Positions 62,619-64,000 of a stretch of DNA of 64,000 nucleotides are shown here, one piece after another. This DNA comes from Mytilus californianus (lineage: Eukaryota): the NCBI RefSeq assembly GCF_021869535.1, contig NW_026262712.1, positions 72,230,001 through 72,294,000 on the forward strand. Reading direction: 5' to 3'. A program made the position numbers and the translations under genes. A model generated the notes under the pieces. It did no database searches, was not told the origin of the DNA, and worked only from the letters and a program-made list of their open reading frames with translations. Positions within the stretch are counted from its first letter, which is position 1, and every line of letters begins with the position of its first letter.

Positions 62619-64000
62619 CTGAAAATCACGATTTATCTTGGTAAATAGTGTATAATATATTTATATTGTCAAAATAATATTCGTCACTAATGACAGTAAA
62701 TTTCCATATTATCCAACTGTTACTGTCAAAGTTAGGAATGTCAAACAATTTTGCCATTGGGTTCGAATTATTCATCATTTAAAATGGATATGATCCTTTG
62801 CAACATTTCAATTGGGCATAATAATCTAAATATATAAATGCATATACTCCCATGATCCCATCATATCTACTTACCGATAGTTTTAATTGTTCCTTTTGAA
62901 TTTCAAGTAACGATAACAAACTGGACCATCCATTCTCTCGATTGTATACCACAATTGCGTTAGTGTCCATAAAATCAACACTTTATTGCTGGGCATTTGA
63001 TATGCTTCACGAAAATATTTGTTCTCGGAATCTAAATAGGGCTTTAAAGTTACATACATGTAGTAAGGTTGTTTGAAGAAGATGTGGATAATAAAATATT
63101 CTTTGAGTACAGTAAATTTCCATCTTTTTATGCAATAGTAATTTTGTTACCTCTTTACTGCTTGCAATCGTAGTTCTCATTCCAAACATTAAGAGAAATC
63201 GAAAGAATTATTCTTAACTTGTTTGAGAAAAGGGAATGTCTAAATGAAATCGAAATAGGACGTTAATCAAACAGCAATCAATCAGAAAGAAAGATATAAT
63301 GTTTCAGTAAGGGACAACACGTGCTTTATAAAAGACAATCAGACTAAAACTAAACATTTAGAAACTGAATTCATTTAGATGTAGGATTTTTTTTTTATTG
63401 ACAACACATTTTCATTTCTTTAAAGGAATATTTAAGTGCAGTCTTTCTGTGGGGGTTAACTAACTATCTTAACTAATACGATATTCCTGTAATGACATTT
63501 CATTTCATCGAGGGTTGCATTATATGTATTAATTGGAGAATTTTGGTAGATACTGGTAGAATTTTCTGTGACAGTATTGGTTAATATTGTAATGTTTGCT
63601 TTTGATTTGTCTTTTCATATTCTAGGGAAAAGAGATTTGCCTTGTAATTTGTTTTATAAACCCTATGTTTGTCCCTTCATCGATTTTTAGGAGGAAGAGG
63701 ATTGAGATCTTTGTTGTAACGCTCATACAAATATTTTTTTATTTTCCGACAACATACACATATTGTATATGTATACACCTCTTTAACTAAAATCAAACCA
63801 TTAGTGAAAGTAGTAAGGATATAATAAGGTTGGCCGGTCAATACATATAGCAATCAACGGAGTGCCGTTTTCCTTGTAAATAACGAACTATTTGTTATAG
63901 TGTTTATGCCTCAAGGAATTGAAGCTCCATTTTTTCTATTTTCTTTTTTAAATTTACCATTTTGATTTCGTCATGTGTTGCCATATGTTCATAATGGTCG

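Noticed and set aside
1-64000. Variant genetic code (UGA = Trp/Cys)
   Set aside because: Trp and Cys use TGG and TGY throughout, the minus-strand gene ends on TGA (45270), and this is intron-rich nuclear animal DNA.

Overview
This is AT-rich eukaryotic genomic DNA, most likely from a mytilid mussel or another bivalve. That assignment is an inference from the repeat families and gene families, not a database result. Two convergent intron-rich genes occupy the window. (1) On the + strand, 1426-43026, I assembled 20 coding exons by hand into one phase-consistent frame of 2949 nt (about 982 aa). The order is signal peptide, 5x LDLa, EGF, Ca-binding EGF, YWTD beta-propeller, EGF, Thr-rich linker, 2x EB-like Cys repeats and a fibrinogen C-terminal (FReD) domain, with no transmembrane exon. 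This is a soluble LDL-receptor ectodomain fused to a fibrinogen-type lectin domain. It carries three in-frame TGA codons at conserved Cys, Cys and Trp positions and one AG>AA acceptor lesion, but no frameshift. (2) On the - strand, 45270 to at least 51536 and probably 56390, is a type I membrane protein (cadherin-like, 2x EGF, TM, long Pro/Lys/Ser-rich tail) with a 1-nt frameshift just before the TM segment. The introns are dense in Penelope-like retroelements. A Naiad-clade copy (8270-11592) has in-frame TGA codons at two conserved Cys positions and a well-formed SECIS downstream of its ORF, consistent with a selenoprotein-encoding retrotransposon. Two more copies retain SECIS-like hairpins, and a neighbouring Cys-encoding subfamily provides an internal control. 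Also present are hammerhead (retrozyme-like) repeats, V-SINE and tRNA-SINE heads, HINE/pearl-like elements, hairpin MITEs, a Polinton protease relic, and an inverted pair of 47-bp arrays overlapping the last splice acceptor.
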